A DNA stretch of 64,000 bases from Thermodesulfobacteriota bacterium (GTDB lineage: Bacteria; Desulfobacterota; Desulfarculia; JACQYL01), in NCBI GenBank assembly GCA_963675595.2, contig CAXXLZ010000002.1, forward strand, positions 4,096,001 to 4,160,000, written 5' to 3'. The notes beneath the pieces were generated by a model, which saw nothing but the letters and a program-made list of their open reading frames with translations, ran no database searches and was not told the DNA's origin. Position 1 is the first letter of the stretch, and the number at the start of each line of letters is the position of its first letter. The position numbers were made by a program, and so were the translations under genes. Shown here one piece after another: positions 40,315 through 50,675 of the stretch.

Positions 40315-41520
40315 TTGGCCTCCGGGAAACAGAACTCCGTTCTCTCCATGTCACTGATCATCACCGGCAACATGATAGGGGCCGGGATATTGGCGACACC
40401 GGTCATCATAGGGCTGTCCGGATTGGTTCCCGCCCTCATGGGGACGATTGCGACCTGGTTTTTGATGACGATATCGGCCCTGATTATTTCAAATCAGAAA
40501 ATCTTTTCTGAGGACAATACTTCGGACCTGCCGGCACTTTACCATAAAGAACTGGGCGCATGGGGAAGGTGGATAGCTGTAGCGGCAAACATGTTGATAT
40601 TGTACGGAATGCTGATTGCCTACTTGAGTGGCGTGAACGGAATTGCGGCCAGTGTGACGGCCCACTCCATCCCGTCGTGGCTGGTCATTGTCCCCTTTTT
40701 TCTACTCGCCGGAAGCATCAGCATTTTCGGCACGAGCGTGATGACCAAGGGAAATAATCTTTTCATGGCTCTTTTATGGGTTGGTTTTCTTGCAATGATA
40801 ATAATGGCGTCCCCAAGAGTCGATCTTACCCGTTTCTCCTATATGGATTGGCCTTTCCTTCCGTCAACGGTACCCGTGGTCATAACCGCATTTTGCTTTC
40901 ATCAAGTCATTCCCATGGTTTGCCATAGCCTTCAAAATGACAAGAAATCAATCCATTCGGCCATTCTGATCGGGTCTTCCCTGGGGCTTGCCATGAATCT
41001 GGCCTGGATCGTCGTGGTTACAGGTGTCGTTCCGGTTGGAGGGAGCGGGACCGCTACATTGGTATATGCTTTTGAAAAGAACCTCCCGGTCACCATCCCA
41101 CTGGCGCAGCTGATAGCGTCTCCGTGGCTCACCACGGCCGCCTTATTTTTCGCCTCAATGGCCATCCTCACATCGTATATTACGTTGGGAACGGCAACCA
41201 TAAATTTTTTGAAGGATCTCACCGAAAAACCACGTCTATCCATCTTCCTTGCCTTTTTGCCGCCATTGGCTGCGGCGCTTGTCTATCCCGATATCTTTCT
41301 GCGGGCCATCAACATCGTCGGAGGTATCGGTCTTGACTTGCTGTTCGGAATTTTTCCGGCCTATTTGCTGCTGCGCTACGGTATGAAAGGTACGCGCTGG
41401 TTCGGCCGGCTTATGATGATCGCGTTTTTCATTGTTCTGATACTTGAAATCGGGCAGGAGTGCGGGGTGTTGTCAATTCGCCCCGGCGTGGAATCGTGGA
41501 ATCCGTTGACGGATTATTGA
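40315..41520 (+). CDS. Aromatic amino acid permease (TyrP/Mtr, HAAAP family)
   Basis: GNMIGAGILATP and PVVITAFCFHQVIP. About 11 TM segments. Confidence 0.88.
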   Translation: MASGKQNSVLSMSLIITGNMIGAGILATPVIIGLSGLVPALMGTIATWFLMTISALIISNQKIFSEDNTSDLPALYHKELGAWGRWIAVAANMLILYGMLIAYLSGVNGIAASVTAHSIPSWLVIVPFFLLAGSISIFGTSVMTKGNNLFMALLWVGFLAMIIMASPRVDLTRFSYMDWPFLPSTVPVVITAFCFHQVIPMVCHSLQNDKKSIHSAILIGSSLGLAMNLAWIVVVTGVVPVGGSGTATLVYAFEKNLPVTIPLAQLIASPWLTTAALFFASMAILTSYITLGTATINFLKDLTEKPRLSIFLAFLPPLAAALVYPDIFLRAINIVGGIGLDLLFGIFPAYLLLRYGMKGTRWFGRLMMIAFFIVLILEIGQECGVLSIRPGVESWNPLTDY

Positions 41521-41807
41521 AGTCGGCGGAAAGGTCCCCCGCCGCACTTATCAACGAAAAACGGAAGGTCGGTTATCCAGCGGTTGTCACGGAATCCTGC
41601 GAGGAAACCGTCATTAGGGTGATGTGATCGGTCTTTCTTCTTGCACCGGGCCCGACCGATCCTCCGGCTCCGGAGATTCCGGGCGCCCGCCCTCCTTTCG
41701 GCTTATCTCTGTGCGGCGAGGCGGTACTTGTGATATGACATGGCCCCGCCATATATGAATATATGGCGATTTAGTAATACAATAAAATTAGGTAATCCCT
41801 TCTACCC

Positions 41808-43192
41808 CATAAGCGCTAACTTAAGCCTTTTGTTTTGGTGAGGTTTATGGTACCGTTGCCGCCAAAGGAGGTGGCAATGGAGCGTCTCGTTTTTTCCGAG
41901 GAAATGGAAGACTGGGAAGTTCTCCAGGGTTTTCTTCCCGATGGCTGGCAATCCAAAGCAAGGGAACTTGGTGCCGTTGTCAGATACCGTAAGTTCGTGG
42001 ACGCCGAAGGTCTGTTGCGAACGCTTCTGATCCATCTGGCGGAAGGTTGCTCACTTCGGCTGACGGCGGCCAAAGCCAGGTTCGGCAACATTACGTCGAT
42101 TTCCGACGTAGCTCTCCTAAAACGACTGAATAAATGCGGAGAGTGGTTTCGGTGGATGGCCTTAGGGGTCATGGAGAAATGGTTTCGAAAGCTGCCCGCC
42201 GTTGTTTTTGGAGAGAATTCACGCATCAGGTTGATCGATGCCTCCACCATTCAAGAACCTGGAAGTACCGGAACGACTTGGAGGGTCCATTATTCCATAC
42301 AATTGCCTTCGCTGCGCTGCGACGAAGTCTATGTAACAGACCCCAAGATCGGAGAATCCTTCACCAATTTCAAAGTCCATGGCGGTGAACTTCTTGTAGC
42401 GGATAGAGCCTATTGCACACCAAGAGGAATTCACCATGTCATAGACAACGGCGGCGACGTCCTGGTTCGAATGAAACACCGTGTCGCCATGGTGGACAAG
42501 CAAGGGGAACGATTCCAATTACTCCCTCATCTAAGGACGTTACGTGTAAATAAGCTTGGCGAGTGGGATGCATTCGTTCCATTTGAACAACGCTTGGTTC
42601 CAGGTAGAATCTGTGCCATCAAGAAGAGCAAAGACGCCACTGAAAAAGCTCGTAAAGCGATAGAAAAAGAGGCGAGGAAAAAAGGTCGCCAAGTTACTCC
42701 GGACACCCTCGAAGCGGCGGCCTACATATTTGTTTTCACAACATTGGGCCGTGAAATCTCGCCCTCTCAGGTCCTCGAGATGTACCGAGGTCGATGGCAA
42801 ATTGAACTCGCTTTCAAGCGTCTAAAGTCCATTCTCGGTTTAGGCCATCTTAGAAAGACCGACATCGAAGGAGCCAAGGCCTGGATCCATGGGAAACTAC
42901 TGGTGGCTTTCTTAGTGGAGGCCATGATCGCCGCAGGCGAATCTTTTTTTCCCTGGGGATACCCACTCCAAAAAGAACCACCGTAGAAATCGATGCTTCT
43001 GGAGAGAGACCATGTTTATGTTACACCTGCTGAAACAAGCCGTGAACCCTAAACTCGGCTTGGCCGAATGCATTGCCGGCTGGGATAACATATCTTTTTA
43101 TTTGCGAGAACCGCCAAGGAAACGAGCACTTCAGCGGCTGATTCCTCAGACGGAAAGAAGCATAGCAAACAATGCTTAAGTTAGCGCTTATG
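41808..43192 (+). mobile_element. IS4-family insertion sequence
   Basis: Perfect 19-bp IRs cataagcgctaacttaagc (41808-41826 and 43174-43192). 11-bp target duplication cccttctaccc (41797-41807 and 43193-43203). Confidence 0.95.
41877..42986 (+). CDS. IS4-family DDE transposase
   Basis: LIDAST, VADRAY and YRGRWQIELAFKRLK (YREK motif). Confidence 0.95.
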   Translation: MERLVFSEEMEDWEVLQGFLPDGWQSKARELGAVVRYRKFVDAEGLLRTLLIHLAEGCSLRLTAAKARFGNITSISDVALLKRLNKCGEWFRWMALGVMEKWFRKLPAVVFGENSRIRLIDASTIQEPGSTGTTWRVHYSIQLPSLRCDEVYVTDPKIGESFTNFKVHGGELLVADRAYCTPRGIHHVIDNGGDVLVRMKHRVAMVDKQGERFQLLPHLRTLRVNKLGEWDAFVPFEQRLVPGRICAIKKSKDATEKARKAIEKEARKKGRQVTPDTLEAAAYIFVFTTLGREISPSQVLEMYRGRWQIELAFKRLKSILGLGHLRKTDIEGAKAWIHGKLLVAFLVEAMIAAGESFFPWGYPLQKEPP

Positions 43193-43197
43193 CCCTT

Positions 43198-43542
43198 CTA
43201 CCCCTTACAAATATTCTCCCTCTGAATCCGGGGAAGCCGTTTGACGAGTTCCATGATTTCGGGATCGTTTTCCAGCCAGTGCCTGAGGTTCCCCATGAGG
43301 ACGGATACGTATGGAGATTTCATCCCGTCCGCAAGATAATAGTTGACCCAAAGTCCCTCTTTGCTGTAGGCCACCAAACCGGCCTCCTCCAGTATTTTCA
43401 GATGCTTGGAGACACTGGATTGCGAAATGCCCAGCGTCTCCCGAATCTCGCACACGCACATCAACCGATGCTGGAGCATTTTGACGATCTTGACCCGATT
43501 CTTGTCCGAAAGCGCCTTCATGACCTTCACGAACTCTCTCAT
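43198..43542 (-). CDS. ArsR/SmtB-family regulator
   Basis: KALSDKNRVKIV...MCVCEI...SQSSVSKHLKIL. Confidence 0.92.
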   Translation of the reverse strand: MREFVKVMKALSDKNRVKIVKMLQHRLMCVCEIRETLGISQSSVSKHLKILEEAGLVAYSKEGLWVNYYLADGMKSPYVSVLMGNLRHWLENDPEIMELVKRLPRIQRENICKG

Positions 43543-43788
43543 GAGTCCCCCTCATTAGATTCCTGAATTGGGATATAGTGTCCGGGCGAGCGGCTGTCAA
43601 GGGTTTCCAACCCTTTGACGTAGGGTCGGATTCGTAGAAAACAAGCCGTTAAAGGGGATGACATTGCCGACTGCTCGGGACCCGCATACCTCGAGCAAGT
43701 GGCCTCCGATGTATTCCTTTTCAGGAAAATAGTTGTGATTTCAGGGCCGGATGTGTTAACGAAGACTTGTGAAAAGGATGGTATCCGT

Positions 43789-44184
43789 ATGTTTTCCAAG
43801 GCGGCGCACGTTCTTGTTTCCCTGATGTTGATGTTGAGCATGGGCTGGACTCATGCCTGCGCCGTCCTCTCGTCCTGCGGCTGGGAACCGCCTTGCCGTA
43901 GAAGCGAAAACATGAATGGCGCCGGCGGGCCCCTAAGCTCGAAACCGTGCGCTATGTCCCATTGCCGGTCCGTCAACGGGCAGGTATTCACAGTCACGAA
44001 TTCTTCTTCGTCGCGCACGGAAAGGGAAAGAACTTTCGGCTCAAAGGTGTTGTTTTCACAAGTGACCTTTGAGATCAAAGAAGCTGCTCCCCGCGTTTTC
44101 CCAAAACCGTTTGCGTACTTATTGCACCCCTTTCCCGACACCTCGCCGCCGACCTTCATCATCCACTGTTCCCTTCTCTGTTGA
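43789..44184 (+). CDS. Small Cys-containing exported hypothetical protein
   Basis: N-terminal hydrophobic segment, several Cys, and PP-x-F...HCSLLC tail. Confidence 0.45.
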   Translation: MFSKAAHVLVSLMLMLSMGWTHACAVLSSCGWEPPCRRSENMNGAGGPLSSKPCAMSHCRSVNGQVFTVTNSSSSRTERERTFGSKVLFSQVTFEIKEAAPRVFPKPFAYLLHPFPDTSPPTFIIHCSLLC

Positions 44185-44490
44185 AACCGTCCCCTCGCAC
44201 TTTCCGAGAAAAAGGAAGGCGTGAGACAGCCTGTTTACTACGAAAGCTTTCATTCATTTCCATTCCGGAATGTCCAATAAGTAAAAGGGGGAATACGTTG
44301 ATCCGTAATTGCACACGAGGAAGGCATTGTTCGTGTTTTCGGCGCGGCGGGAGAATGGTGATCGGCTGTTGGGGGTTTATTATATCTTCAGTACCCTATT
44401 CGGCGCTGAATAGAACGTGAGGCCTCTCACCCGCCCGTTGAAAAACTCGGATTATTGCAGGCTGTTGAGCCTTGAAGCCGATCGGCATTA

Positions 44491-45015
44491 TTGTGGAACG
44501 AAAGGGAAGTCGTGGTGGAAAGAGAAATACCCATTGCCTTGAAACGGTCCATGTGGCAGATGCCCGCACTTATAGCTCTGGCCTTTGTGATCGCTCTGGG
44601 CGTCAATCATTGGCGGTCGGACGGCATACCGATCGTCGGCGCGTGGTCGGCGGCAGCCCGCTTTTCCGATGCGGCGGACGAAAGCCCGGTCATTTTCCTG
44701 ATCGAGGCGCGACACCTGTTCGAGGAGGACTCGGCCGTTTTCGTAGATGCGCGACCGAAGAGCCGGTATACCGAGGGGCATATCCCCGGGGCGTTGAGTC
44801 TTCCATGGCCGGAGGTGGATCGCCGTTTCACCGGAACGGCCGATCTGCCGGCAGGGCCTGAAATGATCATCACGTACTGCGACGGGGAAAGTTGGGAGCC
44901 GAGTCACGAGTTGGCGCTCTTTCTTAGAAAAAAGGGCTATGAAAACGTTCGGGTGCTGGCCAATGGGTGGACCGGCTGGCAGGAGGCCGGTCTCCCTCGT
45001 GAAACCGGAGAATGA
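44491..45015 (+). CDS. Membrane-anchored rhodanese-like protein
   Basis: TM segment, FVDARP...GHIPGA, ITYCDG and VLANGWTGW. True start is probably slightly downstream. Confidence 0.85.
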   Translation: MWNEREVVVEREIPIALKRSMWQMPALIALAFVIALGVNHWRSDGIPIVGAWSAAARFSDAADESPVIFLIEARHLFEEDSAVFVDARPKSRYTEGHIPGALSLPWPEVDRRFTGTADLPAGPEMIITYCDGESWEPSHELALFLRKKGYENVRVLANGWTGWQEAGLPRETGE

Positions 45016-45019
45016 ACTC

Positions 45020-45676
45020 ATGGACGGGAACAAAAGCAGGGAAAAGAGGCCGGGCGAGGGTGACCGGAGCGCATTGTATGACGAGCATAACGATGGTTCG
45101 AAGCCGAAAGCAGGCCACGGGCAAGAGGGGCGCTCCCATCGGGCGACGCGCGAAGCCGTCGGCGGCGTCCGACCGACCACCCCGGTGTTGAAGCGGACGG
45201 TCTGTTACCACATTTTGCGCCTGGTCCTCGGGGGAGTCTTCCTTTACGCATCCTTTGACAAGATCCTGCACCCTCAGGCTTTTGCCGAGACGGTCTACAA
45301 CTATCAGGTCCTGCCGGATGCCGCGGTCAATCTCGTCGCCCTGGTCCTTCCGTGGCTGGAATTCTTACTCGGGTTGTGCTTGGTGACGGGGATTTGGATG
45401 CCCGGTGCCGTACTGATGACCACCGGCCTGTTGCTTGTTTTCATCGGCGCCCTGGTATTCAATCTTGCGCGGGGCCTGGATATCCAATGCGGCTGTTTTT
45501 CAACCGAAGCCGGCGGGGAACCGGTGGGGCTCATGACCGTAATCCGGGATCTCGGCTTCTTGGCCCTTTCGGTGTATCTGACCGTCTTCGTTTTGTTCTT
45601 GCGGTCGGCCACGTTGAAATCGCCCGGCTCGGTCCATACGCCCGGGATAACGACATTATCGAAGTCAAGGAGGTAA
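45020..45676 (+). CDS. MauE/DoxX-family membrane protein
   Basis: RLVLGGVFLYASFDKI, LPWLE, GLDIQCGCF and RD. Confidence 0.88.
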   Translation: MDGNKSREKRPGEGDRSALYDEHNDGSKPKAGHGQEGRSHRATREAVGGVRPTTPVLKRTVCYHILRLVLGGVFLYASFDKILHPQAFAETVYNYQVLPDAAVNLVALVLPWLEFLLGLCLVTGIWMPGAVLMTTGLLLVFIGALVFNLARGLDIQCGCFSTEAGGEPVGLMTVIRDLGFLALSVYLTVFVLFLRSATLKSPGSVHTPGITTLSKSRR

Positions 45677-45680
45677 CGGA

Positions 45681-46289
45681 ATGTGGAATAGAATATGGAT
45701 ACCAATGTATGTTCTGTGCGCGCTCTTTGCGCTGTTCATAGGTCCGGCGGCCGAGGCTTCTGAAAGCATTTATTCCAAAGGTTCCGGGCCCATCGAAATC
45801 ATTGTCTTCACCGATTACTTTTGTCCTCCGTGCCGGAAGCTCGAACCGTATCTGGAAACCGCTTTGACCGACCTTCATGAACGGGGCGCAAAAATCACCT
45901 TTGTGGACAAGCCGATCCACAAGATATCGCCCCTTTACTCAAAGTATTTTCTTTATGCAGCCAATCAGGCGACTATTCTGTCGGAAATAATGCATATACG
46001 ACAGGTCTTATTTGATATCGCCAAGACCAAGTCAGTGGATTCTGAGGACCAGTTGCTTCAGCAATTGACACAAAGCGATATAACACTTCAATTCATACAG
46101 GTGAAACCCATATTTGATGAGTGGGTTAAATTGATTCAGGATTTTGACGTCAGAAGCACACCGACCTGTGTCATAAAGTTGCCGCCAAGGGAACCCAGCG
46201 TGTTGAAAGGCAGCCGACGTATTCAGGAAGGCATCGGCAAGCTGCTTGAGGGGATGCCGCAGCTCAAGGGCGGGAACCAAAAGGAATAA
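45681..46289 (+). CDS. DsbA/thioredoxin-fold periplasmic protein
   Basis: Signal peptide, FTDYFCPPC and VRSTPT. Confidence 0.85.
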   Translation: MWNRIWIPMYVLCALFALFIGPAAEASESIYSKGSGPIEIIVFTDYFCPPCRKLEPYLETALTDLHERGAKITFVDKPIHKISPLYSKYFLYAANQATILSEIMHIRQVLFDIAKTKSVDSEDQLLQQLTQSDITLQFIQVKPIFDEWVKLIQDFDVRSTPTCVIKLPPREPSVLKGSRRIQEGIGKLLEGMPQLKGGNQKE

Positions 46290-46835
46290 CAGAGCGTATA
46301 TGCGTTTATTATTGGCCGTGATACCGTGTTTTGTATTGACTGCGTTGGGTTTTGCATCCGGTCGGGAAAGATTGTGCGTATTCACGGGGGGGAACTTTTG
46401 AAAAAGTTCCCCCCCGGTACCCCCCTTGTAAAAGACCTTAAGCAGGCCTCACCAATTCCCAATGTTTCCTACATCCGCTGAATGGGCAAAGGAATTCCCA
46501 AGTTCGGCTTCGCCCCGAAAGGGATGGAGCCCGCAAAAGGGGTCCGGGGGAACGGTGTTCCCCCCGGGGAACCAATGGAAAAGTCCACCCCGCTAATGAT
46601 TACGAAAGATTTACTTCTTACACTGATCCTCGTTCCTAAAAGAAGGGGCTCAACGAGGCGGACATGTGACGTCCCGGGACAAGTCGATGGATAGTGATCG
46701 ACATGCAATAGGCTCCAAATTTTTCGTGGCGATTCCCGGGGGGAAGCGCATGGATACGGCCGAACCCGGGCGAACGATACGAGGGCGCACCCCGCGGGAG
46801 GAACAGTAACATTATTGGAGACATAGGAGAAAACC

Positions 46836-47855
46836 ATGAAACGCCTCGTGGCAAGAGTATTGGGTAGTTTTTTCTTTTTCATTCTTGTCGGATCGAGTCC
46901 GCTTATGGCGGTGGAAAATGGCGGCTATGCGAACAGTGCTTTTCTGGTTTCCACCCAGTGGCTCGAAGACAACCTTGATCGTCCCGACATCCGGATCCTG
47001 GATCGCCAGGACATCTTTCCAAAAGATGATTTTTACGGCAAAGCGCATATCCCCGGTTCAATCCGTATGCCGACTTCAGCCATCAAGGGTATGAGAGGCG
47101 ACGTGCAGGAGATGCTCGTACTCAAAGATCTAATCAAGTTCCTGGAAGAGAGTGGGGTATCTTCGAAACACCATATCATACTGGTGGGGAGGTCCCAGAG
47201 GCTCCCCGCGACTACCCGCGTTTTCTGGGCGCTGGAAATCCTGGGGCACAAGAATATCTCCGTCCTGGACGGCGGTATTGATAAATGGCGGGTGGAAAAA
47301 CGCACGGAGACCACCGAGGTCCCAAACTTTCCTGCAACAACCTATGAAGTTCAATCCCTGCAGCGGGGACTCATGATGACGGGCGAGGAACTCTCGGGAT
47401 ACATCGGTTTCCAGGACAGGTTCAACTTGATGGTGGTGGACTCCCGGAGGCTTGAAGAATTCGCGGGAAAGGAAATGAGCCGGTCCAGCGAGAAGTTGGG
47501 ACACATCCCCGGCTCGGTGAACCTCATGTTCATGGCCCTTCTCACAGGAAAGGAATACAAGGAGTTCAAACCCGCGGACGAAATTCGAGCCATTTTTCAG
47601 GCGAAAGGGCTGACCCCGGACAAGCACCTGGTTTTCACCTGCGTCAGCGGCTGTTTCGGAACGGTGGACTACTTCGCGGCGCGTTTGCTGGGATACCGTA
47701 ATGTGAGTGTCTACGACGGCGGCTGGATCGAATGGAGCCGTAGGAATTATCCGGTGGAACCGGAGGTGACGGCACAGCCCCCGGCTTCCGAACCGGCTGC
47801 GAAGCAGCAACCCCTAAAACCGCCGATCCGTGTATTTCAGGATGAGGGCTGCTGA
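46836..47855 (+). CDS. Exported tandem-rhodanese sulfurtransferase
   Basis: Signal peptide, LVSTQWL, HIPG twice, active loop CVSGC and YDGGWIEWS. Confidence 0.9.
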   Translation: MKRLVARVLGSFFFFILVGSSPLMAVENGGYANSAFLVSTQWLEDNLDRPDIRILDRQDIFPKDDFYGKAHIPGSIRMPTSAIKGMRGDVQEMLVLKDLIKFLEESGVSSKHHIILVGRSQRLPATTRVFWALEILGHKNISVLDGGIDKWRVEKRTETTEVPNFPATTYEVQSLQRGLMMTGEELSGYIGFQDRFNLMVVDSRRLEEFAGKEMSRSSEKLGHIPGSVNLMFMALLTGKEYKEFKPADEIRAIFQAKGLTPDKHLVFTCVSGCFGTVDYFAARLLGYRNVSVYDGGWIEWSRRNYPVEPEVTAQPPASEPAAKQQPLKPPIRVFQDEGC

Positions 47856-48752
47856 GCGGCTTATCCTTTGCTCTTCAAAACGGCGGGCACAGCCATGAGC
47901 GAGGAGTCGGGAAAAGGCGTCGATGCAAACGTCGGCGCCCGCTCCTCGGGCAAGCCCCTCACATCGACTTTGAATTCGAAGGCCGGGGAATTATAGGTTT
48001 CTTCCGAACGAAGAACAAAGCGGAGCGAACGGAATCCCTTTATGATGCTCTTGACGGGTACGCCTTTGACGTGTGTGAAGGGGAATTCTTGAAAGATTGG
48101 CCGGGGAAAGAGGTCTGCAAGCATTGACAGGGTGGAACTTTTCTATTGTAGGGGCGGGCCACAGTGCCTGCCCAAAAGACGGCCGAAGGCCGACCTTATC
48201 GGCTGTCCCCACCCTCCGTCCCCCATTAAGAAATTGGTGCGTGTTCACGGGGTATTCGTGGAAACTTTTTAACGGGTTCCCGCCGCGTGCGCGTCGCAAA
48301 GGGAGGCAAGGGGTTTCTCCGCACAAGTTCCCAGGTCCGCAATCATCGAACCCGACGCTCCGGCGGAACACCGACCCGCGCCGACGAGTTGAGGCGTCTT
48401 GCCTTTTCGCATTCCTCACGTACCGACCATATAAGCCGACTGCAATCCTGCTCAGGTCAGATCCCTTCCTCTCCGCCCCGCCGGCCGGCTCGCAATCCAG
48501 CCCGTTTGAGGCGATGCTTTCGCAAAAATGACGGGAATCACCAATTGACTATATCCAAAGTTTCATATCTAGTGGTGGCGGAAATTATTGATACGGGACT
48601 GAAACGTTCTCCCGAAACTGTTTCAACTTCAATGGGTCAACAATGAAACCCCCTCGTTGCCACAAATCGCAAGGTGCGCGGGCTCTTGTTTTGCGGATTA
48701 GGAATGCAGACTCAAAAGCCTAACTATGAAAGTGAAATAGGCGGAGTGTCCA

Positions 48753-50120
48753 ATGGAAGAAATCATTGTCAAAGAAATGGATGAGAAAAGATTCAATGCA
48801 ATAGCAGGCTATTCAAGAAGCCCAGCAGCCGCATATGTTAGCAGAGAACTTGAATGGCATTCAAATGATGATGAATCCATAATTGGTGTTCTTCTTATTG
48901 ATATTATTGACCAAGATTATCTATATGTACTTCTATGTAGAGACGGAGTAGGGCGTTTCAGGTGTTTTTATACAGAGGTGTCTATATCAAGCATATATGA
49001 AGCAAGACAACGGTTAATTAATACTATTAGGTGGCATACCGGGCAAGGACAGAAGGTGTTCCCACAAGGAGACGAATCAAAACGATTAAATTTGTTCGAT
49101 CCCATTGTTCCACCCGAAAAACAACATGTCTTTTTTACTCGTCTAATAAGTAGTGGTTTTTATACACCGGCAAAAGAAATCATAAAAAGTATGATGCTCA
49201 GTTTTGTGGATACTGATGGAAATTTTGTGGAACAATTTCAGACAACAGGCTTTGATTCACGTTTGTGGGAATTGTTTTTATTCGCATACCTTTCTGAAGA
49301 AGGATTATTTGTCAATCGTAAGAATAGTGCCCCGGATTTTATGATAGAAAAATACGGCAAAACTGTAGCAATGGAAGCTGTAATCGTCGGAAGGAGAAAG
49401 AATAATCCTCCAAGCTATTTTAAAATGTTTCCAGAATTTAAGTCTTCTGATGAGATATACAAGGAACTTGAAGGCTCAATGCCTATTAAATTTGGTAGTC
49501 CATTATTTACTAAACTTAAAAAGGAATACTGGGAATTGCCACATGTTAAAGGGAATCCGTTGGTTTTCGCCATTGCTGATTTTCATGATGATGCGTCCAT
49601 GCTATGGAGTTCAACCGCGCTCATTGATTATCTATATGGAGTAAGACATACTTATTATTATAACAAAGAAAAAGAGCTCGTTATTGTGCCTGTAACTATA
49701 GAAAGCCACAAAGTAGGAAATAAAGAAATCCCGTCAGGCTTCTTTTTCCAGCAACACGCAGAAAATATTAGTGCTGTCCTATTCTCTGCTAGCGGGACAA
49801 TTTCAAAATTCAATAGAATGGGTAGGCAGGCTGGTTTTAAGGATGAGAATGTTATAATGGAAAGATTTGGAACATATCATGATCATGATCCAAATGCTGT
49901 GGTGCCCAAAATGTTCCGGTACTTAGTGGATGAACGGTGCAATGAAACTTGGGCGGAGGGCCTTTCAATGTTTCATAATCCTAATGCAGTATTTCCAGTT
50001 CCCGAAGAGTTATTCCCATCCGTCGCCCATCACCATTTTGAAAATGGACATATTGTAAGCCAGTTGCCTGATTTTCATCCATATAGCTCTTGGACCTTCA
50101 ACTACAAGTTAAGGGTATAA
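48753..50120 (+). CDS. AT-rich hypothetical protein, possible PD-(D/E)xK-like nuclease
   Basis: Long AT-rich ORF with GNFVEQFQTTGFDSRLWE...APDF...AMEAV. Adjacent to the tRNA 3' end. Confidence 0.6.
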   Translation: MEEIIVKEMDEKRFNAIAGYSRSPAAAYVSRELEWHSNDDESIIGVLLIDIIDQDYLYVLLCRDGVGRFRCFYTEVSISSIYEARQRLINTIRWHTGQGQKVFPQGDESKRLNLFDPIVPPEKQHVFFTRLISSGFYTPAKEIIKSMMLSFVDTDGNFVEQFQTTGFDSRLWELFLFAYLSEEGLFVNRKNSAPDFMIEKYGKTVAMEAVIVGRRKNNPPSYFKMFPEFKSSDEIYKELEGSMPIKFGSPLFTKLKKEYWELPHVKGNPLVFAIADFHDDASMLWSSTALIDYLYGVRHTYYYNKEKELVIVPVTIESHKVGNKEIPSGFFFQQHAENISAVLFSASGTISKFNRMGRQAGFKDENVIMERFGTYHDHDPNAVVPKMFRYLVDERCNETWAEGLSMFHNPNAVFPVPEELFPSVAHHHFENGHIVSQLPDFHPYSSWTFNYKLRV

Positions 50121-50445
50121 GGGTGATGTCTGCAACTTTTCGCTCTTTTCAGGAGTCTTCCCCCCTCGCGGTCGCTTGAGGAGCCAGCCCCGGGTTTCAA
50201 AGCGCCCCAGGGTTGCCGGACGATATCAACAAGCGGCCTTCGCCCCCCCCCGGTAGCTTCTGGGATACATATTCAAGTAAGCAAGGTTTCCCAATCAGGG
50301 CGGCTATAGCGGTGAACAAAAAACAATAAAGCCCACGGGCCGTTCCCGGGGCTTTTCTTATCCGCAAGATTCGGTGTTCTGTCTAATTTCAGGGTTCTTG
50401 GCTAGAGAAACCCTATTTCCGAATCCCGCCCGACGATGTTTTCCT

Positions 50446-50521
50446 TGGTGGAGCTGATGGGGATCGAACCCACGACCTCATGAATGCCATTCATGCGCTC
50501 TCCCAGCTGAGCTACAGCCCC
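50446..50521 (-). tRNA. tRNA-Ala(GGC)
   Basis: Reverse complement GGGGCTGTAGCTCAGCTGGGAGAGCGCATGAATGGCATTCATGAGGTCGTGGGTTCGATCCCCATCAGCTCCACCA. G3:U70 pair and CCA end. Confidence 0.97.
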
Positions 50522-50675
50522 GCCCGATCAGGAAAACACTTTGTACCACCGGCCCCCGGAGTGTGTCAATAGTTTTTCAGTGGGGGCGACAATTTTGCCG
50601 TTGACCCGTTTCCGACCCCAGAGTATCCTCCGTGAGCAAATTTGGACAATGCGGAACCAAGGAGCTTCATCGAAA

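Noticed and set aside
47844-47900. Selenocysteine read-through at GC-TGA of the sulfurtransferase
   Set aside because: No convincing SECIS hairpin, and the downstream peptide looks non-coding.
48148-48175. GTAGGGGCG-type REP (RAYT-associated)
   Set aside because: A single short copy with no RAYT gene in the window.
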